Below, one piece after another: positions 42,498-56,219 of a stretch of DNA of 64,000 nucleotides; the stretch's first letter is position 1, and each line of letters starts with the position of its first letter. The DNA lies in contig OZ024756.1 in NCBI GenBank assembly GCA_964016885.1, forward strand, positions 11,594,001-11,658,000, written 5' to 3'. The stretch comes from Eledone cirrhosa. Lineage: Eukaryota. The notes beneath the pieces were generated by a model, which saw only the letters and a program-made list of their open reading frames with translations, was not told the origin of the DNA and ran no database searches. The position numbers and the translations under genes were made by a program.

Positions 42498-42935
42498 AAC
42501 AGTCCTGTGATACTGCCTAACAGTCCTACTATGATACTGCCTAACAGTCCTTCTATGATACTGCCTAACAGTCATATGATACTGCATAACAGTCCTTCTA
42601 TGATACTGCCTAACAGTCATATGATACTGCCTAACAGTCCTACTATGATACTGCCTAACAGTCCTTCTATGATACTGCCTAACAGTCATATGATACTGCA
42701 TAACAGTCCTTCTATGATACTGCCTAACAGTCATATGATACTGCCTAACAGTCCTACTATGATACTGCCTAACAGTCCTACTATGATACTGCCTAACAGT
42801 CCTTCTATGATACTGCCTAACAGTCCTATGATATTGCCTAACAGTTTTGTGATACTGCCTAACAGTCCTATGATACTGCCTAACAGTCCTTCTATGATAC
42901 TGCCTAACAGTCCTTTGTTCTATGATACTGCCTGT
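42498..42935. repeat. 20/23-bp minisatellite tgatactgcctaacagtcc(ttc)ta
   Basis: Direct inspection. Confidence 0.93.
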
Positions 42936-43056
42936 TTTAAAGTCTTCATACTTATATTAAAACCTTACAACAATTTTATGTCAGAACTTTTTGTTAGATT
43001 CCAAACCTCAACATGATTATGAAAGCATAAGTTATTTTATAAAAATTCCTCCAAAT

Positions 43057-45345
43057 CTATCCAAGACCCAGTATTCTATATAACAACCAGACACCATTCC
43101 ACCTTGTCCTAGGTTTTGCCCTCTTCTCTATCCAAGAGCCACTATTCTATATAACAACCAGACACTGTTCCACCTTGTCCTAGGTTTTGCCCTCTTCTCT
43201 ATCCAAGACCCAGTATTCTATATAACACCAGGCACTGTTCCATCTTGTCCTAGGTTTTGCCCTCTTCTCTATCCAAGACCCAGTATTCTATATAACACCA
43301 GACACCGTTCCATCTTGCCCTAGGTTTTGCCCTCTTCTCTATCCAAGACCCAGTATTCTATATAACACCAGGCACTGTTCCATCTTGTCCTAGGTTTTGC
43401 CCTCTTCTCTATCCAAGACCCAGTATTCTATATAACAGCCAGACACTGTTCCATCTTGTCCTAGGTTTTGCCCTCTTCTCTATCCAAGACCCAGTATTCT
43501 ATATAACACCAGACACTGTTCCATCTTGCCCTAGGTTTTGCCCTCTTCTCTATCCAAACCCAGTATTCTATATAACACCAGACACCGTTCCATCTTGCCC
43601 TAGGTTTTGCCCTCTTCTCTATCCAAGACCCAGTATTCTATATAACACCAGACACTGTTCCATCTTGCCCTAGGTCTTGCCCTCTTCTCTATCCAAGACC
43701 CAGTATTCTATATAACACCAGACACTGTTCCATCTTGTCCTAGGTTTTGCCCTCTTCTCTATCCAAGACCCAGTATTCTATATAACACCAGACACTGTTC
43801 CATCTTGCCCTAGGTGTTGCCCTCTTCTCTATCCAAGACCCAGTATTCTATGGTGGATTGGCAGTATAGGTAGAGGGTCGGACGCCATGCTTTCCAGCAT
43901 AGTTACGTCCCTTTACGATCTGAGTTCAAATCCCGCCGAGGTTGACTTTGCCTTTCATCCTTACGGGGTCGATAAAATAAAGTACCAGTAATGCACTGGG
44001 TAATTGCTGGCCTTGTGCCTAAAGTAGAAACAAGTATTCTATATAACACCAGACACTGTTCCATCTTGCCCTAGGTTTTGCCCTCTTCTCTATCCAAGAC
44101 CCAGTATTCTATATAACACCAGACACTGTTCCATCTTGCCCTAGGTTTTGCCCTCTTCTCTATTCAAGACCCAGTATTCTATATAACACCAGACACTGTT
44201 CCATCTTGCCCTAGGTTTTGCCCTCTTCTCTATCCAAAACCCAGTATTCTATATAACACCAGACACTGTTCCATCTTGCCCTAGGTTTTGCCCTCTTCTC
44301 TATCCAAGACCCAGTATTCTATATAACACCAGACACTGTTCCATGTTGCCCTAGGTTTTGCCCTCTTCTCTATCCAAGACCCAGTATTCTATATAACACC
44401 AGACACTGTTCCATCTTGCCCTAGGTTTTGCCCTCTTCTCTATCCAAGACACAGTATTCTATATAACACCAGACACTGTTCCATCTTGCCCTAGGTTTTG
44501 CCCTCTTCTCTATCCAAGACCCAGTATTCTATATAACACCAGGCACTGTTCCATCTTGTCCTAGGTTTTGCCCTCTTCTCTATCCAAGACCCAGTATTCT
44601 ATATAACACCAGACACTGTGCCATCTTGTCCTAGGTTTTGCCCTCTTCTCTATCCAAGACCCAGTATTCTATATAACACCAGACACTGTTCCATCTTGCC
44701 CTAGGTTTTGCCCTCTTCTCTATCCAAGACCCAGTATTCTATATAACACCAGGCACTGTTCCATCTTGTCCTAGGTTTTGCCCTCTTCTCTATCCAAGAC
44801 CCAGTATTCTATATAACACCAGACACTGTTCCATCTTGCCCTAGGTTTTGCCCTCTTCTCTATCCAAGACCCAGTATTCTATATAACACCAGACACTGTT
44901 CCATCTTGTCCTAGGTTTTGCCCTCTTCTCTATCCAAGACCCAGTATTCTATATAACACCAGACACTGTTCCATCTTGTCCTAGGTTTTGCCCTCTTCTC
45001 TATCCAAGACCCAGTATTCTATATAACACCAGACACTGTTCCATCTTGCCCTAGGTTTTGCCCTCTTCTCTATCCAAGACACAGTATTCTATATAACACC
45101 AGACACTGTTCCATCTTGCCCTAGGTTTTGCCCTCTTCTCTATCCAAGACCCAGTATTCTATATAACACCAGGCACTGTTCCATCTTGTCCTAGGTTTTG
45201 CCCTCTTCTCTATCCAAGACCCAGTATTCTATATAACACCAGACACTGTTCCATCTTGTCCTAGGTTTTGCCCTCTTCTCTATCCAAGACCCAGTATTCT
45301 ATATAACACCAGACACTGTTCCATCTTGCCCTAGGTTTTGCACTC
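43057..45345. repeat. 60-bp satellite, about 35 copies, interrupted once by a SINE
   Basis: tatccaagacccagtattctatataacaccagacactgttccatcttgccctaggttttgccctcttctc-type unit in 60-bp register. Confidence 0.97.
43852..44032 (+). mobile_element. SINE family 2, near full length, with 10-bp TSD
   Basis: A box tggcagtatagg, B box gagttcaaatcc; agtattctat duplicated on both sides. Confidence 0.9.
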
Positions 45346-45439
45346 TCCATCAATTTCCTTAGTTTTTCCTTCTGTTGTGTTTTATTTTCTTTAAAGAATT
45401 GAAGGAGAAAGAAATTATTTATGTTGTTCTTGTGGTTCT

Positions 45440-46080
45440 TGTTGTAGTAGTAGTAGTGATTGTTGTAGTAGTAGTAATAGTGGTAGTGATTGTAGTAGTA
45501 GTAGTGATTGTTGTAGTAGTAGTAGTAGTAGTAGTAATAGTGGTAGTGATTGTAGTAGTAGTAGTAGTGATTGTAGTAGTAGTAGTAGTGGTAGTAGTAG
45601 TAGTAGTGATTGTTGTAGTAGTAGTAGTAATAGTGGTAGTGATTGTAGTAGTAGTAGTAGTAGTGATTGTAGTAGTAGTAGTAGTAGTAGTAGTAGTGAT
45701 TGTTGTAGTAGTAGTAGTAGTAGTAGTAGTGATTGTTGTAGTAGTAGTAGTAGTAGTAATAGTGGTAGTGATTGTAGTAGTAGTAGCAGTAGTAGTAGTA
45801 GTAATAGTGGTAATAGTAGTGGTGGTAGTAATAGTGGTAGTGAGTGTAGTAATAGTAATAGTGGTAGTGATTGTTGTAGTAGTTGTAGTAGTAATAGTGG
45901 TAGTGATTGTAGTAGTAGTAATAGTGGTAGTGATTGTAGTAGTAGTAGTAGTGGTAGTGATTGTTGTAGTAGTAGTAGTGGTAGTGATTGTAGTAGTAGT
46001 AGTAGTAGTAATAGTGGTAGTGATTGTTGTAGTAGTAGTAGTAGTAGTAGTAATAGTGGTAATAGTAGTGGTGGTAGTTG
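45440..46080. repeat. (GTA)n-derived microsatellite
   Basis: Direct inspection. Confidence 0.95.
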
Positions 46081-46179
46081 TTCATAACTGTCCTTGCTGT
46101 CATCATACTGTATTGTTGTTGTTGTGATTCCTGTTCTTCTTCTTGCTGTACTTGTTGTTCTTCACCTCATCATTATTAC

Positions 46180-46712
46180 TTGGCAGAATCGGTAGAGTGT
46201 CGGACACCATGCTTTACAGCATAGAGTTACGGCCCTTTATGTTCTGAGTTCGAATCCCACCAAGGTTAACTTTGCCTTTCATCCTTATGGAGTCAATAAA
46301 ATAAAGTACCAGTAATGCACTGGGGGTAATTGCTGGCCTTGTGCCAAAAGTAGAAACAATTATTTTAGTCATTAGTAGTAGTAGTAGTAGTAGTATTGTT
46401 ATTAAGGTGCCTTTCATCCTTATGGGGTCGATAAAATAAAGTACCAGTCACGTACTGGGGTCGATTTAATCACCCCCCCCCCCCGAAATTGCTGGCCTTG
46501 TGCCTATATAAGAAACCATTATCATCTACTGGATTGGCAGTATCGGTAGAGAGTCGGGCGCCATGCTTTCCAGCATAGTTACGTCCCTTTACGGTCTGAG
46601 TTCAAATCCCACCGAGGTTTACTTTCCCTTTCATCCTTACGGGGTTGATAAAATAAAGTACCAGTAATGCACTGGGTAATTGCTGGCCTTGTACCTAAAG
46701 TAGAAACAATTA
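46180..46712 (+). mobile_element. Cluster of three SINE family 2 copies or fragments
   Basis: Repeated core and tail motifs. Confidence 0.82.
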
Positions 46713-46743
46713 TCATCTACTAGATCCATTTGGTCGTGTTCAC

Positions 46744-46960
46744 TTAACCCTTTAATGTTAAAAAACCGGCCCAAACCGGCCAGAATTCTCTACCTCTTTC
46801 TGTTGAAACTGGCTGTAACTGGTCACTCAACTGATGTTAAGGTATTGTTCTCAAAATAAATACTTTCAAAATCTCATAGATTCGATATTATGTGAGATAA
46901 AGCCTTTACCATGAAAATATAATAGTATATATAGAGTAATGTGAATGCTAAAGAGTTAAA
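46744..46960 (+). mobile_element. piggyBac-type MITE
   Basis: Same family, TTAA-flanked. Confidence 0.85.
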
Positions 46961-47136
46961 AATAATTTGTACAGCTCTCTCTCTCTCTCTCTCCCTCCCC
47001 CTCTCTCTCCCTCTCTCTCTCTCTCTCTCCCTCCCCCCTCTCTCTCCCTCTCTCTCTCTCTCCCCCTCCCCCTCTCTCTCCCCCACCCTCTCTCCCCAAC
47101 CCTCTCCCTCTCTCTCCCCCACCCTCTCTCTCTCAA

Positions 47137-47343
47137 GGTACCCGGAAAAACCCCATATCTCGGGAACCCGTGCTCCGATATATGTGAAACTTGTTTTATT
47201 CCTTTTGTATTCCCATTTCAGGGGCAACTTCCTTTCAAAGTATTTTCCCATTATGCGCCCTTTTGGCTGTATTGCATTACAGACAAGCAAGCAAGCAATT
47301 GCAGACTTTGATTTTATAGATATAGTAATATATAGATAGATAG
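47137..47343 (-). mobile_element. Probable 5' fragment of Helitron-like element
   Basis: Reverse complement begins atctatctatatattactatatctataaaatcaaagtctg...(gctt)n gtctgt, similar in style to the 5' ends at 27082 and 49713. Confidence 0.4.
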
Positions 47344-47556
47344 GTAGCAGAGGTCCTATTTGAGGCCCATTAATCACAGAGAGAGGACATGACCATCACT
47401 GTATGGTGTTCCAGCATGGGTGTTGATGTTAATACTCAACATTCTATATTCACTGCACACTCTCTTATGTAATGTCTTCCAATCTTATTCACATAATTCA
47501 TCTTCCAAATAGACATCCCCCCCTCCTCCTCCTGTTGCTAAGCCAGCTATATTGAC

Positions 47557-47561
<5 letters not shown>

Positions 47562-47650
<89 letters not shown>

Positions 47651-47790
47651 GGCATGTATATATATATATGTATGTGTGTATGTGTGACTGTGTGTGTGTG
47701 TGTGTATATATATATATGTGTGTGTAGGTGCGGGTGTATGTGTGAGTGTGTATGTGTGTGTGTATATATATGTGTGTGTATGTATATGTG

Positions 47791-47821
<31 letters not shown>

Positions 47822-47896
47822 GTGTGTGTGTATATATGTATATATATGTGTGTATATATGTATATATATGTGTATATATATATATATTTATGTATA

Positions 47897-47940
<44 letters not shown>

Positions 47941-48022
47941 TATATGTATATATACATATGTGTATATATGTATATAAATATCTGTATATATGTATATATA
48001 TATATATGTGTGTGTGTGTGTA

Positions 48023-48105
<83 letters not shown>

Positions 48106-48150
48106 ATATATATGTATATATATATATATATGTGTGTGTGTGTATATATG

Positions 48151-48183
<33 letters not shown>

Positions 48184-48184
48184 A

Positions 48185-48223
<39 letters not shown>

Positions 48224-48284
48224 ATATATGTATATATATATGTGTGTGTATATATGTATATATATATATATGTGTGTATATATG

Positions 48285-48343
<59 letters not shown>

Positions 48344-48640
48344 GTGTATATATGTATATATATATATATATGTGTGTGTGTATATGTATATATATATATG
48401 TGTGTGTGTATATGTATATATATGTGTGTATATATAATCTGTGCATGTATATATGTATATATATATATATGTGTGTATATATAATCTGTGCATGTATATA
48501 TATATATATATATATATGTGTATGTGCATGTATATATGTATATATATATATATATATGTGTATGTATATGTATATATATGTGTGTATATATATATGCATG
48601 TATATATATATATATATATTGTGTGTTTGTGTATATATAT
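47562..48640. repeat. (CA)n then (TA)/(TG) compound microsatellite
   Basis: Direct inspection. Confidence 0.95.
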
Positions 48641-48687
48641 ATAATATGCTTTTTTATATATTTTTTCTGCTGTTCACTCTTAACCAG

Positions 48688-48822
48688 GGATATTAGCTGG
48701 AATAATATTTCCAACTATTCTTGAATATCAATGTTGCTAGTCTTCTAATGTCCGCTCGAGTGTCGGCTACAAAGCTTGGCTAGATGTGTTAGCAAAGGGC
48801 AGATAATTTGAGGTTTGTACTG
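48688..48822 (+). other. Candidate non-coding (UTR/lncRNA) exon, 135 bp
   Basis: Polypyrimidine tract plus ccAG| acceptor, CTG|GTAAGT donor; stops in all three frames. Confidence 0.4.
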
Positions 48823-48954
48823 GTAAGTGCTTCAGAGAAAGTCGTAATTCATATCTTTCATACATAGATTTACTCATCTTTAATTTCATTCATAATTCAT
48901 CTCAATAGTATTTTTTATATATTTATTTTACTTATTTATTATTTCCCAAACCTC

Positions 48955-49181
48955 TTAACCCTTTACCATTTACATTACTCTATATATACTATTGTATTTT
49001 CATGGTAAAAGCTTTACCTCGCATAATTATCTCATATAATATTGAATCTATGAGATTTTGAAAGTATTTATTTTGAGAACAATACCTTAACATCAGTTTG
49101 AGCGACCATTTACAGCCAGTTTCAAGAGAAAGGTAGAGAATTCTGGCTGGTTTTTGGCCGGTTAGAACATTAAAGGGTTAA
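48955..49181 (-). mobile_element. piggyBac-type MITE
   Basis: TTAA-flanked, reverse orientation. Confidence 0.85.
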
Positions 49182-49533
49182 AGTTGTAAAGTTTACCAAC
49201 TAACTTGATGTCTTAAACCAACTGTTAATGTGAAGGTTTATGTTGTTTTACTTCTCAACACCGATAATAGTTGAGGTAGGCACAGACTGGAGCTGTGGCT
49301 GCTCTCATTGGCAACCACATGGTTTCTAGTTGAAACCGCACTCTGTGGCATATTGGGCAAATGTCTTCTACTGGAGCCTCCGGTTGCCCATTGCTTATCG
49401 AGTGAAATTTAGTAGATAGAAACTGTGTGGAAGCCCATCACACACACTCGTGTGTGATTCAGTGAATTACTGGTGGGGGTATCAATATAAGCACTCGGTG
49501 AACAGATGATTGGCTCAAGGTCACCCATGGAAA

Positions 49534-49631
<98 letters not shown>

Positions 49632-49712
49632 ATTAAAGTATGTGTTAGTTTATCACCAATACTTTTGTATGCAGGATAGAGCAGTTGATGAAGTACACAA
49701 GTGGGTCTGATA

Positions 49713-50465
49713 TCTATACATATATATAAAACTGAAGTTGTCTGTGTGTGTGTGTCCCCTAATTTTTGCAAAGTCTATACAAATCCACATTTCTACTCCG
49801 ATTGACTTCAAACTTGCATTTATATATTCCTTGCGGTTTAAAGATGTTAACTGCAGCGTTAACTTTCTGTTGTTAAAGGCGTTATTTTCACTAAAACTTT
49901 GTCCTTTTTGTTGGCAATTTTGTCTACAATGTTCAAGAGAGACAACTCTTTAGTATTTTGAAAGAGTTACCTCTCTTTATAGACTATATTATCCCTACTT
50001 AAACGTAAATCCCTTGAAATTGTTGATGGTGACCCCAATAGCAACTCCGAAGCGTTCGGCATCCAATGTAACAGTTCGGTCTATATCAGATTGGGTAGAT
50101 TTTTGTAACCTTAAAAGTATCCAACTAAATTCCTTCATGCTCTCCACCACTGCAGTCCCACATGCTTACTGCTCTGTAACTATTGCTTTCATTGTACTAT
50201 AGCACAACAAATACATGTTCGGTTTGTCGAATGCCTTTTTACTTAACCCTATCGTCTTGGCTTTCATGGGTTGAACATTTTACTCTCAGGCACCCAATTA
50301 AGTTAAACCCCTGGTAATCTACGACAAATTTTTTTTATAAGCACAAATTGTAGACACCACCCCCAGGCTGAGATATTCCGTACTTCTCTGTACTGTTTCT
50401 GAAAGGAGGGATAAACATGCCAATCTATGTTTAGAAACCCGAGCAATGCCGCGCCATTCTGCTAG
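49713..50465 (+). mobile_element. Non-autonomous Helitron-like element
   Basis: A|TCtatacatatatataaaactgaagttgtctgtgtg start; end cccgagcaatgccgcg (degenerate hairpin) ccattctgCTAG|T. Confidence 0.7.
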
Positions 50466-50478
50466 TATATATATATAA

Positions 50479-50524
<46 letters not shown>

Positions 50525-50749
50525 TCATTTTACGTCTGCTTTTCCCTGCTTTCAAGGGTTGGACATATATATATATGTGAGAGAGAGAGATTTAACTCAA
50601 GCATGTAAAAAGCCAGAACAAATATTGTTAAGCATTTGTCCAATACTCTAACAACTCTGCCAACCCACTAACCACCCCCCTTTTTTAGTAGATAAAGGGC
50701 TCTTCCAGAAACATCTCTCAGATGACATACTAGTGTGTTAACAATTACT

Positions 50750-50967
50750 TTAACCCTTTAGCATTCACATTACTCTATATATATTATTGTATTTTCATGG
50801 TAAAGGCTCTACCTCGCATAATTATCTCATATAATATCGAATCTATGAGATTTTGAAAGTATTTATTTTGAGAACAATACCTTAACATCAGTTTGAGCGA
50901 CCAGTTACAGCCAGTTTCAACAGAAAGCGGTAGAGAATTCTGGCCGGTTTGAGCACTAAAGGGTTAA
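50750..50967 (-). mobile_element. piggyBac-type MITE
   Basis: TTAA-CCCTTTAGCATT...TAAAGGG-TTAA. Confidence 0.88.
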
Positions 50968-51419
50968 GAGGCTCCTAGCCAAACGCTGTCTTAATAATGA
51001 TAAAGTTAGTCATTTTATTAAGTCCATCAAAATTCTTGATTAATTTCAGAATTAATTGAAACACACTGGCTGTACATTTATTACATTAGGAATAGGGTTC
51101 ATGGAAAGGTTAAACCAACTTCATAATTGAATTGTGTGTTTTACTTTTGCAGTTTAAGCAAGGGGTGGGGGGAAAGGTAGTGCTTATGACCCTTTACAGA
51201 TCCTCCAAGGTTGCTGGTGGGTGAGAGGAGTTTATCTTCAAAGAGAGGCTGTGGTTAGTGTTTATGGATAGTTGAGACAAGGTCCTACCTCGAGGCACTC
51301 AAGAGCCAGGTGGTGATAAATTTGGTTGATGCAAGGAGTGTAACATGTTTGATAAATAAATGTATGTCCTTTGACAGGTTAGTGAGCTAATGGCTGCTTT
51401 TAATGGAAAGGCTGGGAAT

Positions 51420-51890
51420 AAGGGTGGTCTGCAGTGAATGGGAGGGAGGAGGAGGTGATAGAGAGTGGGGTTAGTGTGAGGTGGAGGTGGTCTGCAGTGA
51501 ATGGGAGGGAGGGGGGGGAGGGGTCGATAGAGAGGGTTGGTGTGAGGTGGAGGTGGTGTGCAGTGAATGAGAGGGGGGAGGAGGGGCCGATAGAGAGGGT
51601 TGGTGTGAGGTGAAGGTGGTCTGCAGTGAATGAGAGGGAGGAGGAGGGGCCCGATAGAGGGGGTTGGTGTGAGGTGGTGGTCTGCAGTGAATGAGAGGAG
51701 GGGGCTGATAGAGGGTTGGTGTGAGGTGGAGGTCGTCTGCAGTGAATGAGAGGGAGGAGGAGGTGATAGAGAGTGGGGTTGGTGTGAGGTGGAGGGGGCG
51801 GTGATAGAGAGAGGGTTGGAGAGGGAGGTGAAAGAGAGAATGTTGGTGTGAGGTGGAGGAGGACTGAAAGAGAGAGGGTTGGTGTGAGTT
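51420..51890. repeat. G-rich ~55-60-bp minisatellite
   Basis: gggttggtgtgaggtggaggtggtctgcagtgaatgagagggagg units. Confidence 0.85.
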
Positions 51891-52129
51891 ACTTAGGGAG
51901 GGTAAGGAGTGAATGGAAGTGTTATTAACCAATGATGGTCACATGGTCATAATCATGTGGATCACATGATCACATGATTTGGTTACTTAGACACAAAACA
52001 CACACTTAAGGATCAAGAGGACTCATCACTTGTGTCAAGGGCACAATGACCTCTCTAGTGTTGGTGCCATCATAAAACACACCCAGTATATTTTTGAAAG
52101 CAGCTGCTGGTTATATATATGTATATATA

Positions 52130-52476
52130 TCATCATCATCATCATCATCATTTCATTTTACGTCTGCTTTTCCCTGCTTGCAAGGGTGGGACGGGAACTG
52201 ATTCTGGCTTGATTTCTACAGCTGGATGCCCTTCCTAACATCAACCTCATTTACAGTGAGTGCTGGGTGCTTTTTTGCCGTGGCACCTCCACGACCACTT
52301 TACAGTGGAATGATAGGGACCCCAGTCCCTATCATCTCATTTCTACAGCTGAGTAAACTGGAGCAATGTGAAATAAAGTGTCTTGCTCAAGGAAACAACA
52401 CATCACCCGGTCTGAGAATTGAACTCACAACCTTTCGATTGCAAGGCCAATGCTCTAACCACTAAGCCATGTGCCT
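52130..52476 (-). mobile_element. SINE family 1, full length
   Basis: Near-identical to other copies. Confidence 0.9.
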
Positions 52477-52484
52477 ATCTCTAT

Positions 52485-52906
52485 ATAGGGGAAAATAGTC
52501 AGGAGCTCGATGACTGAGCTCCGGCCGTTTTGACAGCTAGATCCGAACTGGATCTAGCTGTCGAAACGGCTGTGGCTCAGCCGTCGGGCTCCCGACTATT
52601 TTCCTATTACCCACTCTACTACCCTAAGTATCGAGTACTCTGGTGGGTTATGGTCCACCTGGTTCCTTACCACACTTTCTTTGTTATCTATATATATATA
52701 TATATATATAGGAACGAGTAGGACCCCGACGGCTGAGCTCAAGCCGTTTCGACGGCTAATTCCGGACTCGTCCAGAATTAGCCGTCAAAACGGCTTGAGC
52801 TCAGCCGTCGGGGTCCTACTCGTTCCTATTACCCACTCTACTACTCTAAGTATTGAGTACTTTGGTGCGTTATGGTCCACCTGGTTCCTTACCACATTTC
52901 TTCCGT
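52485..52906. mobile_element. Two tandem fold-back palindrome plus tail elements (family B)
   Basis: Palindromes 52485-52607 and 52708-52829, each followed by the same ~77-bp tail and separated by (TA)n. Confidence 0.75.
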
Positions 52907-53157
52907 TATATATATATATATATATTATTAGTTTAACAACAATAATAATAAGTATATATATATGTTAGTGAGGCAGAGGATTGGCCATGGTGAGTTCAGC
53001 TGGTATCGACTAGCATCCTCATTCTCGCGATTGATCCTTTTCCTTGTTAATATACCCTCTCTGTATAATACCATAAATTGAGTAATACTCTGATTTGTGA
53101 TCTTCCCGGTATATGTATCACAGACTCTTCCCCCTCCCCCATCTTTTATATAAATAT

Positions 53158-53893
<736 letters not shown>

Positions 53894-54272
53894 GCGTTTA
53901 GAGCCATCATAGTAGGGATTTTGTCATCCTCCCTTCTATTCAGATTTTAATTTCCAATTTAGTTGATAAATATTTTTTCCCCTTGTGGCTTTGTTCTGTG
54001 CTCTTAGACAAGGCACATCAAATCTGTTTGCTTCGCTCAACTTAAATGAAAACCTATTTTACAGTTGAGTGGACATCACTAGAAACTTCACTGAAAAGTA
54101 TCTGCTTCAACATTTCATGCAAATATCTTAAATTATTCAACCATGTTAACTTAGAAAAGCAAATATAATTTGTTTTTCCTGTATATGTTGTAATCCAGTT
54201 GTATACACTCTATTTTCCCCACCTCAAATGTCTTTATATATACACTTCTGCTGATGTATAGTCAAAAACTGA

Positions 54273-54860
54273 AGGCACCTGGTTTAGATTGTTAGGCTGT
54301 TTGGCTCACAGTTGTAAGATTGTGAGTTTGCTTCTCTGACCAGGCAGTTCATTATGTCCTTGAGCAAGACATTTTATTTCATGCTGCTCCAGTTCACTGT
54401 GGCCTTGAGCAAGACACTTTATTTCACATTGGTCCAGTCCACATTGCTCCAGTCCACTCAGCAAGCAAAAGTCAGTTGCACCAGTAATTTAAAGGGACCT
54501 GGCTTGTTTTATTCTGTGTCATGCTGAATCATCCTGAGAACTAAATATATTAAAGTTACATGTGTCCGTGGAAGGTCAATAGTTCTCTTCTCACTCGAGC
54601 GAGGGCGCCTTTCCATTGTCAATTTACATTGATCATCTGCAAAGCTGCATTGTCCTCAACCACTACACCAGTCTTTCGATGCCTGCAGCTGAAACTTCTG
54701 CCACCCATTGATTTGGTAGGATCGCAACTCATTTCTACAGCTGAGTAAACTGAAATAAAGTCTCTTGCTTAAGGACACAACACATCACCCGGTCCGAGAA
54801 TCAAACTGACAACCTTTCGATTGCAAGCCCTATGCTCTAACCACTTAACCATGAACCTTC
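54273..54860. mobile_element. Two older family-1-related SINEs, tail to tail
   Basis: ccttgagcaagacact body on + (54273-54570, partly duplicated) and on - (about 54600-54860). Confidence 0.65.
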
Positions 54861-54872
54861 ACTATTAATTTA

Positions 54873-55200
54873 ATGGCAGTATTGATAGAAAGGTCGGACA
54901 TGCTTTCCAGCATAGTTACGTCCCTTTACGATCTGAGTTCAAATCCTGCCGAGGTTAACTTTGCCTTTCATCCTTACGGGGGTCGATAAAATAAAGTACC
55001 AGTAATGCACTGGGGTAATCGCTGGCCTTGTGTAAAAAGTAGAAACAAGTATTATATAGCATAGAGTTACGTCCCTTTACGATCTGAGTTCAAATCCCAC
55101 CGAGGTTAACTTTGCCTTTCATCCTTACGGGGTTGATAAAATAAAGTACCAGTAATGTACTGGGTAATTGCTGGCCTTGTGCCAAAAGTAGAAACAACTA
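54873..55200 (+). mobile_element. Two tandem SINE family 2 copies
   Basis: Core and tail repeated twice. Confidence 0.85.
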
Positions 55201-56219
55201 TTAATTTAAACATAAATAAAAATAAAATAAAAATGAAGAACTTCATATTGTATAAAATTAGACGTGATTTTGGTATGAAAAGGGTTAAATAATGGCAGGA
55301 GTATTCATTTCTTAGAATATTTGACAAAGTTGAAACTCTGTACAGGTTTTTTTCTTCAGTTGTCAGCAGATACAACCCTTCATTCCACCTCAAAACCTGG
55401 ATGCCCTCTCCCATGTAACTTCTACCCACATCTTCAATCTCTTATACCATTCTATTGAACTAGATATAAATTAACTGTTCTAATTGAAGGGGAATAAAAG
55501 GTTACTCTGAGAATATGTAGATTGTCAGTTGTTGTTGTTGTTGTTCTTGCTTTTGTTGTTGTTGTTATTGCTTTTGTTCCTGTTGTTGTCATTTGTTGCC
55601 GTTATTGCTGTTGTTGACACTTTTGTTGTTGTTGTTGTTGCAACTGCTGTCATTTGTTGTCGTTGTTGTTGTTATGGCTGCTGTTGTTGTTGTTGATAAT
55701 TATTCTTTCCATTGATTGAAGAATTACTTGACCTAATTTGACATTTTTAATTAAGCTGAATATTGCTCAGAGGGCATCTCTTCTTCTAACATTTTATCTC
55801 TGTCTTCACACACTTTCTTCTTTCCTTCCTTCCTCAGTTGCCCCATCTCTCTCTCACCCCCTCTCACCCCCTCTCACTCTCTCTCACCCTCTCTCACTCT
55901 CTCACCCCTCTCTCCCCTCCACTATTTCAGTAGAAAGTTACATTTTACAAGGTTGTATTAAATCTTACCATTAACTTGTCTTAGAGTTGTGATGATGGTG
56001 GTGATGGTGATGAAGGTGGTTGTGGTGGTGATAGAGGTGTTGGTGATGGAGGTGTTGGTGATGGTGATGGTTCTTTTTCATATTATTGTCTGGAACACAT
56101 TGTTGTATTCCATACATTTCACATACATGTGTGTACTTTACAGAGTGCACAGCGTGTATTGTACCATTGTACAAGGGAGGGTGTTTTGTCTTTGACATAA
56201 CTAAAGGGTCATTTAAAAC

